A program made the position numbers and the translations under genes. Shown piece by piece: positions 8,961 to 18,900 of a stretch of 35,994 nucleotides of DNA (position 1 is the stretch's first letter; each line of letters starts with the position of its first letter). The notes below the pieces were generated by a model, which saw nothing but the letters and a program-made list of their open reading frames with translations, ran no database searches and was not told the origin of the DNA. Where the stretch lies: the IMG/VR virus record IMGVR_UViG_3300027811_000014, positions 1 to 35,994 of that record; one strand, 5' to 3'. This stretch comes from a virus (taxonomy: Duplodnaviria > Caudoviricetes).

Positions 8961-9818
8961 ATGGCTCAGATACACGGTAGTCAAATAATGACGGGAAGCA
9001 TTGACAGCTCTAGAATAGACAACACGATTGTCGCTGCATCTGGTGGCTTGCTTTCGTCAAGTCTTGATTTCGGCGGGCACAACGCTGTCAACATGGCCGA
9101 TCCAGTCAACGACCAGGACGGTGCAACGAAGTATTTCGTGTTGCAGTCTATCACTTCAGGTTCCGATCCTGTGTCGATCGGTGCCGCAAGTGAAGGTCTC
9201 AGCGCTTCGCTCAACGTCGTCACGATCAACTACGCGTCTGGTTCTAATCTCGCTGCAGTCGATGCTGGCGCAGCTGCCATGGGAACGCTGCCTTGGATCC
9301 CGAAGGCCGACCACAAGCACACTGTGACTGTCGGAACGCCAGGCGCCATTCAGGTGGGCGCTACTGCAGCTTCTGGTTCAGCGACGTCGCTCGCTCTTTC
9401 CGATCACGTTCACAGCGCAGTTCGCGGAGTGCCTGTCAACGTCGGAACTGCAAATTCTGCTGGAACAGGTTCGTTCTTCGCAGCTCAGGACCACGTCCAC
9501 GCTGCTCCGTACTTGAACAGCGGCAACAGATACATGGCAGCTGAAGCTACCGTGTCTGACGGCGACGAAGCTTGCGCGACAGGGATTGCAGCTGACAACG
9601 CTCTCGGCGGTGACATTCAGGTCGTCGTCAACGGAACGATTGCCGATGTTGGAAACGGCGTGAAGACGAGAGATTGCTATTTCTCTGCAGACGCAGGTTC
9701 TACTGCGAGAGCTTTTTCTGCAGTCGCGTCGGGTGACAAACTGTATTGGAACGGGTCGTTAGCAGGATACCAGCTGCAGACTTCGTTCAAGATTAGCTTC
9801 ATATTCAACAGCTTCTAA
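8961..9818 (+). CDS. Fibre-like virion protein with three DHxH motifs
   Basis: GAGG SD. 'NMADPVNDQDGATKYFV' trimeric neck-like motif, ADHKH/SDHVH/QDHVH, and a C-terminal domain shared with 8026..8946. Confidence 0.75.
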   Translation: MAQIHGSQIMTGSIDSSRIDNTIVAASGGLLSSSLDFGGHNAVNMADPVNDQDGATKYFVLQSITSGSDPVSIGAASEGLSASLNVVTINYASGSNLAAVDAGAAAMGTLPWIPKADHKHTVTVGTPGAIQVGATAASGSATSLALSDHVHSAVRGVPVNVGTANSAGTGSFFAAQDHVHAAPYLNSGNRYMAAEATVSDGDEACATGIAADNALGGDIQVVVNGTIADVGNGVKTRDCYFSADAGSTARAFSAVASGDKLYWNGSLAGYQLQTSFKISFIFNSF

Positions 9819-9826
9819 TGACGCGA

Positions 9827-9866
9827 TTTAAGCTGTCCAACGTGCAACGATGTTGGACAGCTTAAA
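9827..9866. other. Perfect 15-bp inverted repeat (hairpin; possible atypical terminator or processing/stability element)
   Basis: TTTAAGCTGTCCAAC (9827-9841) pairs with GTTGGACAGCTTAAA (9852-9866). No following U-tract on either strand. Confidence 0.85.
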
Positions 9867-9895
9867 CAAAACGTTGTGCGGCGGGAATTTATTCG

Positions 9896-11659
9896 ATGAT
9901 CGATCTTACGCAAGTCAAGTTTCCTTCTGGTTCTATAGGACAAGTGTTGACGCTTGTGTCATCGAGCACTGCGAATTGGCAGACTCAGTCTGGTTCGTTT
10001 GATAGCTCAGTTGTCCACGTAGCTGGGTCTGAAACGATAACTGGTCAAAAGACGTTCGATCAGCTGATCATCGGCAAGGGAATTCAAAACATCACCGACG
10101 GCTTTGTGCCCACGGACGTTTGCGTTGAAGTCAGCGTGCCATGGTCAGATGAATTTCTTGAACCTGGGGCAAAGATATTCTCAGTCGCTACGGGAGAAGG
10201 ATCAAAGTTCAGCATCACGAAGCAAGGAATGTTTTCCTCAGTTCCTTTTTACGGATCTGGAAACGGTTACGACGGAGGATACTTTTACGCTGGCGCTGCT
10301 GGCGCGTCATCGTATTGCCTTCTTAACGGAGTCGTTGCTTCTACGCTTGCTGGCCCGAACGGCGTGAGCAGCACAGTTAATTCAAGAGGCACGTCGTCGT
10401 TAGAATATTTTGATTACTTTTCAAACAATTTGTCACGTGTAAGCACTATAGCCAACGGCGTGATCATCCTTTCATCGAAAGGAACTGGCTCTTCTGACGT
10501 TTGTTTGAAGGTTGGCTCAAGCACTTCTGGCAGCTTGATAAACGCGTCAGCGAAGCTTTTCTCTGTGCGTTCTGGCCTGGGAGAAACTGAGACAGAGTAT
10601 CTTTACGTCACCAAGTCTGGTCTGTCAGCTTCGAATCTTTCTGGCGTGAACACCGGCGACCAGGACTTGACTGGATATGCTACGACTTCGTCGTTGAATT
10701 CTCTGTCTGGCACGTGTGCAGCGACTGATACGTGGTTGTCAGGGACAATCAACTTTCTGTCTGGAACGATTAACGCTCGTATAAACTCAGTAGATTCTTC
10801 CGCTGTCCATATCGCTGGAACAGAAAGCGTCACTGGAACAAAAACGTTTACTGCTGCCGTGACTGCAGTCTCTGGCGTGTTGACAAACGATTTGTATGCG
10901 AATTACGCCACAGGTTCGTTGGTGATTTACTCGCAGAACTGCACTGGTTCCGCTGACGTTGGCGTGAAGGTCGGAACGTCTGTCGTAGATGCATCTGTCA
11001 GCACTACGGCTAAGATATTTAGTGTTAGAAACGGCATCGGCGGGACAGAGGTAGAGGCGTTTTATGTCAACAAAGCCGGCAACTATCTAGATATCGGTTT
11101 CGGAGGTAACTGGAAATGGTCTAGTTTCGGTGGCACGTCGATGGCTTTAATCTACGGCTCGACAGTTGGTATGATGCACAACGTTGGTGTTGAATCGTAC
11201 TTGGCGGGTGTTGCTACACCAGTGTCAGTACGCTCGCCCGGTGGTAGCGGGGCAACTGATGTTTGTGTTAGAGTCGGTTCTACGCTAGCAGACGCCTCAG
11301 TCAACGCAACAGCAAAGCTGTTTAGCGTTCGCACGGGCATCGCTGCTACTGAGGTAGAGAAGTTGTCGATATCATCTGCTGGTCGTGTTGACCAGTTTGG
11401 CACTGATTCTTCAGGAACCCCAGGAAATGCGACTATAAACAAGCCAACTGGGATATCGGCCATCGCGTCTGGTTCTTCTACTTGCGTCATAACGAATTCG
11501 TTGGCTACGCTGACGTGCAGACCTAAGATCACTTGGTACGGCGATCATGGCGCTACTAGAGACTGGGTTAACAGAGCCTCAGGAAGCATGACTGTAGAGT
11601 TGTCTTCTCCAGCGTCAGCAGACACGTCGTTTGGCTGGGAAATAAGCTACTTACTGTAA
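9896..11659 (+). CDS. Tail fibre-like protein (587 aa) with four ~45-aa modules
   Basis: Two 'VH.AG.E.(I/V)TG.KTF' fibre motifs, 'NLSGVNTGDQDL', and repeated 'DV..(K/R)VG....A.AK(L/I)FSVR.G'. Confidence 0.75.
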   Translation: MIDLTQVKFPSGSIGQVLTLVSSSTANWQTQSGSFDSSVVHVAGSETITGQKTFDQLIIGKGIQNITDGFVPTDVCVEVSVPWSDEFLEPGAKIFSVATGEGSKFSITKQGMFSSVPFYGSGNGYDGGYFYAGAAGASSYCLLNGVVASTLAGPNGVSSTVNSRGTSSLEYFDYFSNNLSRVSTIANGVIILSSKGTGSSDVCLKVGSSTSGSLINASAKLFSVRSGLGETETEYLYVTKSGLSASNLSGVNTGDQDLTGYATTSSLNSLSGTCAATDTWLSGTINFLSGTINARINSVDSSAVHIAGTESVTGTKTFTAAVTAVSGVLTNDLYANYATGSLVIYSQNCTGSADVGVKVGTSVVDASVSTTAKIFSVRNGIGGTEVEAFYVNKAGNYLDIGFGGNWKWSSFGGTSMALIYGSTVGMMHNVGVESYLAGVATPVSVRSPGGSGATDVCVRVGSTLADASVNATAKLFSVRTGIAATEVEKLSISSAGRVDQFGTDSSGTPGNATINKPTGISAIASGSSTCVITNSLATLTCRPKITWYGDHGATRDWVNRASGSMTVELSSPASADTSFGWEISYLL

Positions 11660-11668
11660 GGTGAACGC

Positions 11669-13255
11669 ATGGGAACACGAAACGTAGAGTCTACACAAGG
11701 CGAGATATTCAATCCACGAGTGTTGCCGTCAGGCACGTACGGACTCGTGGTGACTGACATAGCTGACAACACTCTCAAGTTCTTCAACAGTAGCTCTTGG
11801 GTCAACCTCGGCAGCGGCAGCGCTGGATCGTCGATCACGATGGGCGCGTTTGGATCTGACCCAAACGCAGACGGCGGCACGATCTCAGGAGGAATTCTTA
11901 CTCTTCAACCTGCAAGCGGCTCACTTCCGGGCGGCGTGTCTAATTCTTACCAGTATTTTTCTGGCAGCAAGAGATTCGACAATTTGATAAGTCCTACGTT
12001 GTACAACACTAACGGTGCTTCTGTTAACGACAGATGTGTGACGATAGGCACCACGCTGCTTTCTGAGTCGCTGGATGGTTCTGCTGTAGTGCTAAGTGTT
12101 GTGTCAAATATCGGAGCGGGCATCGACAACCAGCAGAAAATGTTGGCAGTTGATAAGTTTGCTACGTATTTTTATGACAAATCTTTCATATCAGAAGAAG
12201 GAACCGTATTCTCGCACAACGGAATTTTTAGAACGCAAAATTATTCTGCTTGTCTTGTATCTGAGTTGACAGGCGCGTCTGACGTGACAACGAAAGTGGG
12301 AACTGTCGTTGCTGACGCAGCAGTAAACGTCAATGCAAAGCTTTGGTCAGTTCGCACTGGCATAGGAACGTCAGAATCTGAATACGGTTATTACTCGAAA
12401 AATGTCTGCTCGTTTACTCCCGCGCTTGTAGCACAAATGCATGTGTACGCGCCTTCGGGTCCGTCGATTACTGTTCAGAAAGACGTTGGGGCTAATATAA
12501 ACGGTGGATATAACGGCAGCGTTTTGATCCAAGGCGCTAACGCAAACGTAATACGTTCAAGCTTGGGAGTTTCGTCTGGTCAAGTGTGTAACAAGATTGG
12601 AACGAGCGTCGTTGACGTGTCAGCTAGCATCGACGCGAAATTAGTCTCATTCCGCACTGAATTGCTTGAAGAAGGAATTGAAAAAGCTTTCGTGAGTTGC
12701 AACGGAGCTGCTGCGTTCAATGTGAACAGCAACGGAGCTGCTGCGTTTATTGCGTTAGACGATCATGACGCCGTAGGACTTGAAGCTGCTTGCTTTTACG
12801 GGAACGCGATAGGATCCGAGAGCGGCTCAGAAAGAGCAGTTCTCATAGGCACTGCCGGATTAGATTATACAGTCGACCCTTCAGTAGTTCTTGCTGCTTT
12901 TTGCACTAATATCAACAACGGATCTCCAACTGAAAAAGCTTGGATAAACGCTAGAGGTTCGTTGAGACTCAATTCTGGAGATTTGCCTGAAGAAGACGCG
13001 GATGCTGGCTCGGGCGCCGTAACTATAAATGCCTGCAAAGGCAGGATAACTTTTGCTGGGAATTCATTGTTAACAAATGTCGTCGTCGCAAACGACCAAT
13101 GCACTCCTAATTCTTTTATTTCTGTGACATGGGAGAACTTTGATCGCCCTGCCTATCATGCAGTGCAGCCTGATCTAGGCGAGTTCACTATAACGTTTTC
13201 CAACGGAAGTTTTTCAGGCGACGGCGCTGCGCTGAGATTTCTTATAGTGCAATGA
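11669..13255 (+). CDS. Tail fibre-like protein (528 aa), paralog of the preceding gene
   Basis: AAGGTG SD. 'GILTLQPASGSLPGGVS...QYFSGSKRF', four copies of the same ~45-aa module, and a related C-terminal domain (G.(A/V)TIN...G). Confidence 0.75.
   Translation: MGTRNVESTQGEIFNPRVLPSGTYGLVVTDIADNTLKFFNSSSWVNLGSGSAGSSITMGAFGSDPNADGGTISGGILTLQPASGSLPGGVSNSYQYFSGSKRFDNLISPTLYNTNGASVNDRCVTIGTTLLSESLDGSAVVLSVVSNIGAGIDNQQKMLAVDKFATYFYDKSFISEEGTVFSHNGIFRTQNYSACLVSELTGASDVTTKVGTVVADAAVNVNAKLWSVRTGIGTSESEYGYYSKNVCSFTPALVAQMHVYAPSGPSITVQKDVGANINGGYNGSVLIQGANANVIRSSLGVSSGQVCNKIGTSVVDVSASIDAKLVSFRTELLEEGIEKAFVSCNGAAAFNVNSNGAAAFIALDDHDAVGLEAACFYGNAIGSESGSERAVLIGTAGLDYTVDPSVVLAAFCTNINNGSPTEKAWINARGSLRLNSGDLPEEDADAGSGAVTINACKGRITFAGNSLLTNVVVANDQCTPNSFISVTWENFDRPAYHAVQPDLGEFTITFSNGSFSGDGAALRFLIVQ
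12699..12747 (+). repeat. 19-bp direct repeat with 30-bp period (NGAAAF x2)
   Basis: GCAACGGAGCTGCTGCGTT at 12699-12717 and 12729-12747. Confidence 0.9.
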
Positions 13256-13268
13256 CAGGACACTACAC

Positions 13269-13838
13269 TTGACAGCTATCATAAACTTTCTAGCAACTAG
13301 CGGTAGCGTGCCATTTTCTGGCATGACTTCCACGTTTGATGTGATATGCGACAAAACTGGTACGCTTGTTGGTCCAGATCCTGCAATTCAAGAGTTAGTG
13401 TCTTCTGGACAATACGTGTTCAGCGGCAGCGACTACCAAGAGACAATGGGAGTTGGATTTCTTCTTCGTCACCAGTCTGGCAGCGACGTCAGGTTCAGCG
13501 CTGGGTCGATAGGAAGCTCTAGCGTGTTTTTCTCGTTGTACGACGGGTCGTCTACTCCGATCGTTGGTGCGACTCCAGTGTTGACAAGCTTAAGCGGATT
13601 GACGGGAGATGTCTGGGCGCCGTTTGTTCCGAAGCCGTCTATAACAGACTTAGGTAATGCGCTGTACACTTTCCCAGTGTCTGCTGACATGATTACGAAA
13701 AAGTGCAAATTCATGATTTGGAGCTCTTCGAGCGCAGTGTTTCCCGAATATCAAGCTGGCAGCATAGAAGTCGAAGCTACAGTTCAATCTGCGTCTCTCA
13801 ACATGAACGTGAGCGCTTTCAACGAAGGACTCAACTAA
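13269..13838 (+). CDS. Hypothetical virion protein (189 aa), apparently two similar beta-rich halves
   Basis: AGGA 8 nt before TTG. 'PFSGMT...PAIQELVSSGQYVF' resembles 'PIVGAT...PSITDLGNALYTF'. Confidence 0.65.
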   Translation: MTAIINFLATSGSVPFSGMTSTFDVICDKTGTLVGPDPAIQELVSSGQYVFSGSDYQETMGVGFLLRHQSGSDVRFSAGSIGSSSVFFSLYDGSSTPIVGATPVLTSLSGLTGDVWAPFVPKPSITDLGNALYTFPVSADMITKKCKFMIWSSSSAVFPEYQAGSIEVEATVQSASLNMNVSAFNEGLN

Positions 13839-14539
13839 TGATAGAGATAAAACAAGGTCAAGCGTCGTGGGTTCCTGTCCGTCTATTCGATTCATCTACT
13901 TCAGAACCCATGAGCGGTGTCACGTACGACATTATTTCTGTTACTGTAGTGAAGTCGAATACTTCAGAAGTCAATTACACTCCTGCGTCTGGATCTTTTT
14001 TGGAGCACATCGCTGGAGCTGCAGTCGGAGCTGGTCTGTATCAGCTTCACGTTTTGACCACGGACGTCGACACGACAGGATCGATGTTGTACGCAGTGAA
14101 GGCGTCAGGCAGCAAACCGTTCGTTGGATCTGTGAAAGTTGTAGCCAACGAAGAATATGACACGTACTCGAGGATAGGCGCTCCTACGTTCGCGTCAGTT
14201 TCAAACGACATAGCGTTGCTGTCTTCGAGCTTGAGAAGCGCGATATTCGTGACGAAAGACTACGTACAAACTGTGAGTTCAAGCTTGCACAACATAGTGA
14301 ATTCTACCAACATAAACTTGACAGATTTGATCACGTCGACTAGCGCATCTCTTGGACGTGAATTGACGAGAGCTAGACAATTCACCGAAGGTCGCTGGAA
14401 GATAGAAGCGACTGGCGGCGACGCTTACAAGATGGTTTTCTACATGTTGGACGGAGTCACGCCTCTGAGGAAGTTCAACCTCAAAGACGCTGTCGGCAAT
14501 CCTACAGTAAACAATCCGTTTGAAAGAGATCCGGAGTAA
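13838..14539 (+). CDS. Hypothetical virion adaptor protein (233 aa; beta-sandwich-like N-terminus, helical linker)
   Basis: ATG 13838 overlaps the upstream TAA (TAATG) with AAGGA upstream, so it is preferred over the track start at 13703. Confidence 0.7.
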   Translation: MIEIKQGQASWVPVRLFDSSTSEPMSGVTYDIISVTVVKSNTSEVNYTPASGSFLEHIAGAAVGAGLYQLHVLTTDVDTTGSMLYAVKASGSKPFVGSVKVVANEEYDTYSRIGAPTFASVSNDIALLSSSLRSAIFVTKDYVQTVSSSLHNIVNSTNINLTDLITSTSASLGRELTRARQFTEGRWKIEATGGDAYKMVFYMLDGVTPLRKFNLKDAVGNPTVNNPFERDPE

Positions 14540-14545
14540 AATAAA

Positions 14546-15295
14546 ATGTCTAATTTTGTGTTTGACGATGAAATTTTGGTGGCTGGAAAGGTCGACCTCG
14601 ACACTTTTCCAGCCGTTGCTGCGATCAACAAAATATTGGGTACAGAATGGAACGTTCTCTCTGCTGATTTGACTGATCTTAGCAACGCCATAAAAGCGGG
14701 ACAGTTCCATGGTCTTGAAAACAATCAAAGTGCTTCGTTGTCTACAGCTGGTGGCGTGAATCTTAGGTCAAACTCAGGAACGCTTGAAGTTTCAGAGAAT
14801 GGCGCAGCGTACGCCGTGATCCGTAGATTACCGAGTTCCGGACCTCCGAGCGGACAGGTTCTAGTTTGGAACGGAACAGACTGGGTGTCTGGAATATTGT
14901 TCTCTGATTCTGACGATTCGTTTAGTCTCGGCGTTTGGACGTATGACGATGGTACTGAGACACAGACAGCTCCGTTTGGCACACGTGTCACTGACGGTGT
15001 GACAGAATGGCCCATTTCAGGCATGCTAAACTGTGGAGTCGTGCGCATAGAATCATATGCAGTTTCTCCAGTCACCGTCACAGCCGATCCTCCGATATTG
15101 GCAAGTCAGCCAAGTTATGGCGCTGGAGGCGCTGTTCTGGTAGTCAACAGAGGACCTCAGACTGTGACTTTCAGCACTGGTACTTCGCTAGTGCTCAAAA
15201 CAGCTACAATTTCTCTTGCGACAAACGATTCGTTTTCAATCGTGTGGGATATGAGCACATCGTGTTTCATTGAGGTAGGTAGGAGCGTTGCTTAA
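14546..15295 (+). CDS. Fibre-associated virion protein (249 aa)
   Basis: GGAG SD and a 'SGQVLVWNGTDWVSG' fibre motif. Confidence 0.7.
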   Translation: MSNFVFDDEILVAGKVDLDTFPAVAAINKILGTEWNVLSADLTDLSNAIKAGQFHGLENNQSASLSTAGGVNLRSNSGTLEVSENGAAYAVIRRLPSSGPPSGQVLVWNGTDWVSGILFSDSDDSFSLGVWTYDDGTETQTAPFGTRVTDGVTEWPISGMLNCGVVRIESYAVSPVTVTADPPILASQPSYGAGGAVLVVNRGPQTVTFSTGTSLVLKTATISLATNDSFSIVWDMSTSCFIEVGRSVA

Positions 15296-15780
15296 TGCCC
15301 GCTCCCGGTCCTCTCGCGTGGGTTTTTGGTCCAGCTCCGGCTTCTCTGCTGACTGGATCGCAAACGATAATAACCATTGGGCTCGGAGGCGCCAGTCAGC
15401 CAACTTCAGGTTCGTTTCTTGTTACAAAGGGCTACGGAGGTCAATTCACCCCTCCCAGTGCGAGCGTTCCATCGTTGCGTCACATCGACAACAGATTCTT
15501 GTTGTTCGAGAGAGGGATCAAGTTCGGAAACGTTCCCGCCGGAAATCCAGTGTTCATGTTACAAGAAGGCATTCGAACTTTTCATGTCAACAGCGTGGAG
15601 ACTTTCGCCATGCCCAACAGCGACGTGATAGACAAGAGTGGAAAAAATTGCGGTGCAATCAAGTTTCGCTTCAGAGATTACAGACACGCGCCTACTCCTG
15701 GCTCGATTTGCGTCTCAGAGTACAGAAACGTAGACGAATTCGGTAACACGATCTTGTCGTTCACTGGCAAACGTCATTGA
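15295..15780 (+). CDS. Hypothetical protein (161 aa), probably virion-associated
   Basis: TAATG overlap with AGGAG upstream. Gly/Pro-rich N-terminus. Confidence 0.7.
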   Translation: MPAPGPLAWVFGPAPASLLTGSQTIITIGLGGASQPTSGSFLVTKGYGGQFTPPSASVPSLRHIDNRFLLFERGIKFGNVPAGNPVFMLQEGIRTFHVNSVETFAMPNSDVIDKSGKNCGAIKFRFRDYRHAPTPGSICVSEYRNVDEFGNTILSFTGKRH

Positions 15781-15919
15781 CATTGTCGCCTGACTCTCTA
15801 ATTATCAGAGATTGGCGCAGAAGAGCAAACAAAACAGCCAATATGGTTTTATGTCTTCTAAATCCACGTGTGACGGCGACCTTCGAGCTTAACGTAGAAT
15901 GCGTGTAGAGAGGTAATCG

Positions 15920-18900
15920 ATGGCTGACAACTTTGGTGTGTACGACCTGACAGCGAATGTCGAAACGTTGGCTTCGTCTTCGCTTTACGATGCTCTCGAG
16001 CCGCCGTCTGGCAACATCAACTTGCGTAGGCTTCCAGAACGTTTGGAGAGAGATCACAACGAGATTGCAGCGTCGACTGGATCTTTCGGGTTGAGAAGCA
16101 CATTCGTTTTGCCAGAGCTTTCTTCGTCGATGCACGAAGTGACGTCGTTGAACGCGTTCTTCAGCGGGACGACTAGATTGGAGAACACAGCAGTTCCTGC
16201 AAGCGGCAACATGTTCTACTCGAAGCAGCAGAGATTCGTCAAGTCGACGTACAAGCTCACCGCTTCAGCAGTTCTTCCAGTCATTCCAGCGATCCAAGAT
16301 CATGGACCAGCGACAGACGAAAACTTGGATCGCTCGTCGTACGTCAACGGGTTTGTTCCGGTCTCTGGGTCTTACAGAAACACGACGATCTTCGATCCCA
16401 GCGTGTTTGAGATAGACGTTCCTGAGTACGGAAAGATAAGGGACGTGAAAGTGTGGGTCGAGTTCGTTCATGACCATCGAGGAGGACCCGGGTCTGGGTC
16501 GTTCGCTGGAAATCCGTTTCTGAAGGGAGGAACTGGAGCAACTGGCTCGTATTACAAACAAGGTTTGCAGGGTGTTCAGCTAGCGTTGCGCAGCCCAAAC
16601 GTCGATTTCAAGTACGCACATCCTCTGTGGAACGATCCACAGACGTTCAGATACGACAAGTGGCCCAAAGTCACTCTCCAGGAGAGATATAAGAAAGTTC
16701 CAGATCTTTTGAGCAATTCGTATCTTCTTTGGGCAGGTCATGCTTGTGAAGAAGACCTCGGAATGACGCTTGGAAATCAAACAGCGTCATTACCAGACAA
16801 GTATTTTTCTTCTTTGGACTTGAGTTCGTCATCATTTGATTGCTATGATTTTCCATATTGCACAGGTTCTCAAATAGGAAAAAGTAAAATAACGGGTTTG
16901 TCAGTTGCAAAAGATGCTTCTTCATATGATTTGCTTTATACTGACGCGAAAATTCAAACTCCAAATGTCTGGCAGTTAGTTAGTACACACAGAGATTTTG
17001 ATAATCCAAACATGAAAGTTGATAATTTCGTAGATGCTTTAGCATATAGTCCTCATTCTTTACGTATTAGAAAAAAGAATGGCAAAATGTTTGCTTTCAC
17101 TAGATCTGCTCCAGGTAAAACAATTCTCTATACTAGACCAGACAAAATAGACAGCAAGTGGCAATATCCAACAGGTTCTGCTTTGTTGTCTGCCACTTCA
17201 TTTCCAACTATAATCAGTTCAGGAGTTCTTGAAAGCGTTCACACTGCTACAATTTCTGGTTTGACGGGAATATCTTCTGCCCATGTCGGTAAGCTTCTTG
17301 ATTTTTCACAATACGGAACTTTTTTGTATCAACCGAACAACGCAATATTCAGAATAAAGGCGTTCGAATCGCCAAACGTCGTGATCGAATCTTGGTCTGT
17401 GAAACCACAAACAGCTAACGCGCCATTTCTGTGGTACGTTTATGACGACGTTGGTACTAGAGACGAATGGCACTGGAACGCGGATGGCGATGCAGATATG
17501 GCTGTGGACAGTAACGGAATTCCTCATTTCGTGTCTACGGGTTACAGAAGTGAATTTGATAGTAACGTTTTGAATTATGGATTTTCAGGTAGTTTAAACA
17601 ATAACACTGGTTCATTTCTGTACAGGATGATTGATCACGAACATACAGATTACAACGATGGTTTTGTTTCAAGAGATTGCGGAAGATATGCAAAAATAGA
17701 AATAGACGCTAATGATAGAATTCATGTAGCTTATCAAGATGCGAAAAACAATGCTGTTAAATACGCTTACAAAGATTTGTCATACGACATAAATGATACT
17801 TTTTCTTTGGAATTTGTGACTTCAAGTTCAGAAGACGTCTTTGTTCCATTCGCTACATACGAATTTCCTTTTGGTTACTCTGGCATAGCCAAATTTTGTG
17901 CAGAACAGATATCTTTAGCAGTGAATCCAAAAACTCAAAATCCGTATATAGCGTGGGCTGATTTTAAAAGAGAAGATCAATCTTCCGTATACATGCCTGG
18001 TAAGGATATTGTTTATTTGGCGAAACGTGAAAATGGAGTATGGATTTCAGAAAAAGTGGCAGAATTCACAAACGTGATTGGTACTTCGAAAATTACCCCA
18101 TCAGTTTTGAAGTTTGGACAATGTTTGCATCTTGGTTTTGACAACGAAGCAACGCCAATCATCACAGTTAAACATCATGATGTCAATGATCTCTTGTACA
18201 ACAATCCAAGAGATGCTTTAATGGTTTTTAAGTCAAGCTCTGTTGGTTGGGCGAATGACACAACGTACAAAGCTAAGAAATCCATTCTTTCTAATTTTAG
18301 CACTGGTTCTATAGCCGATACTACATTTACGACAGATTCGTTTAATAATGTTCATGTGTTTTCGACTTTTCAATTTTATGGATCTGGTTCTTTCAGTTCT
18401 AGGTTCGCGTATTTGAACAAAAAGCATCTTGACAATTTGTATACTTTATTCGTGTCAAAATCGTTGGATATTCCTCTTGGAAAGTATTTTGATTTTGACA
18501 CAGATATCGATATGAGGACTATCTTTGACGACAGTTCGCTAATATCAAACACAAGACATCTCGATAAATATTTTGACTTTGCTAACGAACAAAACGTAGG
18601 GCCGTCAACAATACCTGGACAGATTTTAAGACGACACGACGCGTATCCAAGTCCGTTTTCTTCATCAATTAATTTTCTCAATAATATCTTCGATCAATAT
18701 AACTACTTGCCTATTCAATTCAATTTGTCAAGAAATAATCACATGTCGGGAGCTAATTTCCCATGGTTATACGATGAGAGAATATCAAAAGGAGCTTTCG
18801 AAGATTTTCAAAGTTTATTTTTTGGTCAAGTTCTTACATCTGTTCCTTACGGTTGGCTGACAGGTGGCGGCGGTGCAGCCGCTGTCAACGAATTTCCTAC

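Noticed and set aside
8026-13255. Diversity-generating retroelement acting on fibre C-termini
   Set aside because: No reverse transcriptase and no near-identical template/variable repeat pair with adenine-specific mismatches. The paralogs are diverged throughout.
13703-13837. Track N-terminal extension of the 278-aa ORF
   Set aside because: Overlaps the upstream gene. The TAATG-coupled start at 13838 has an SD.
15777-15908. 43-aa ORF (TTG...TAG) in the gap
   Set aside because: No clear SD, would be the only TAG-terminated gene, and has no supporting features.
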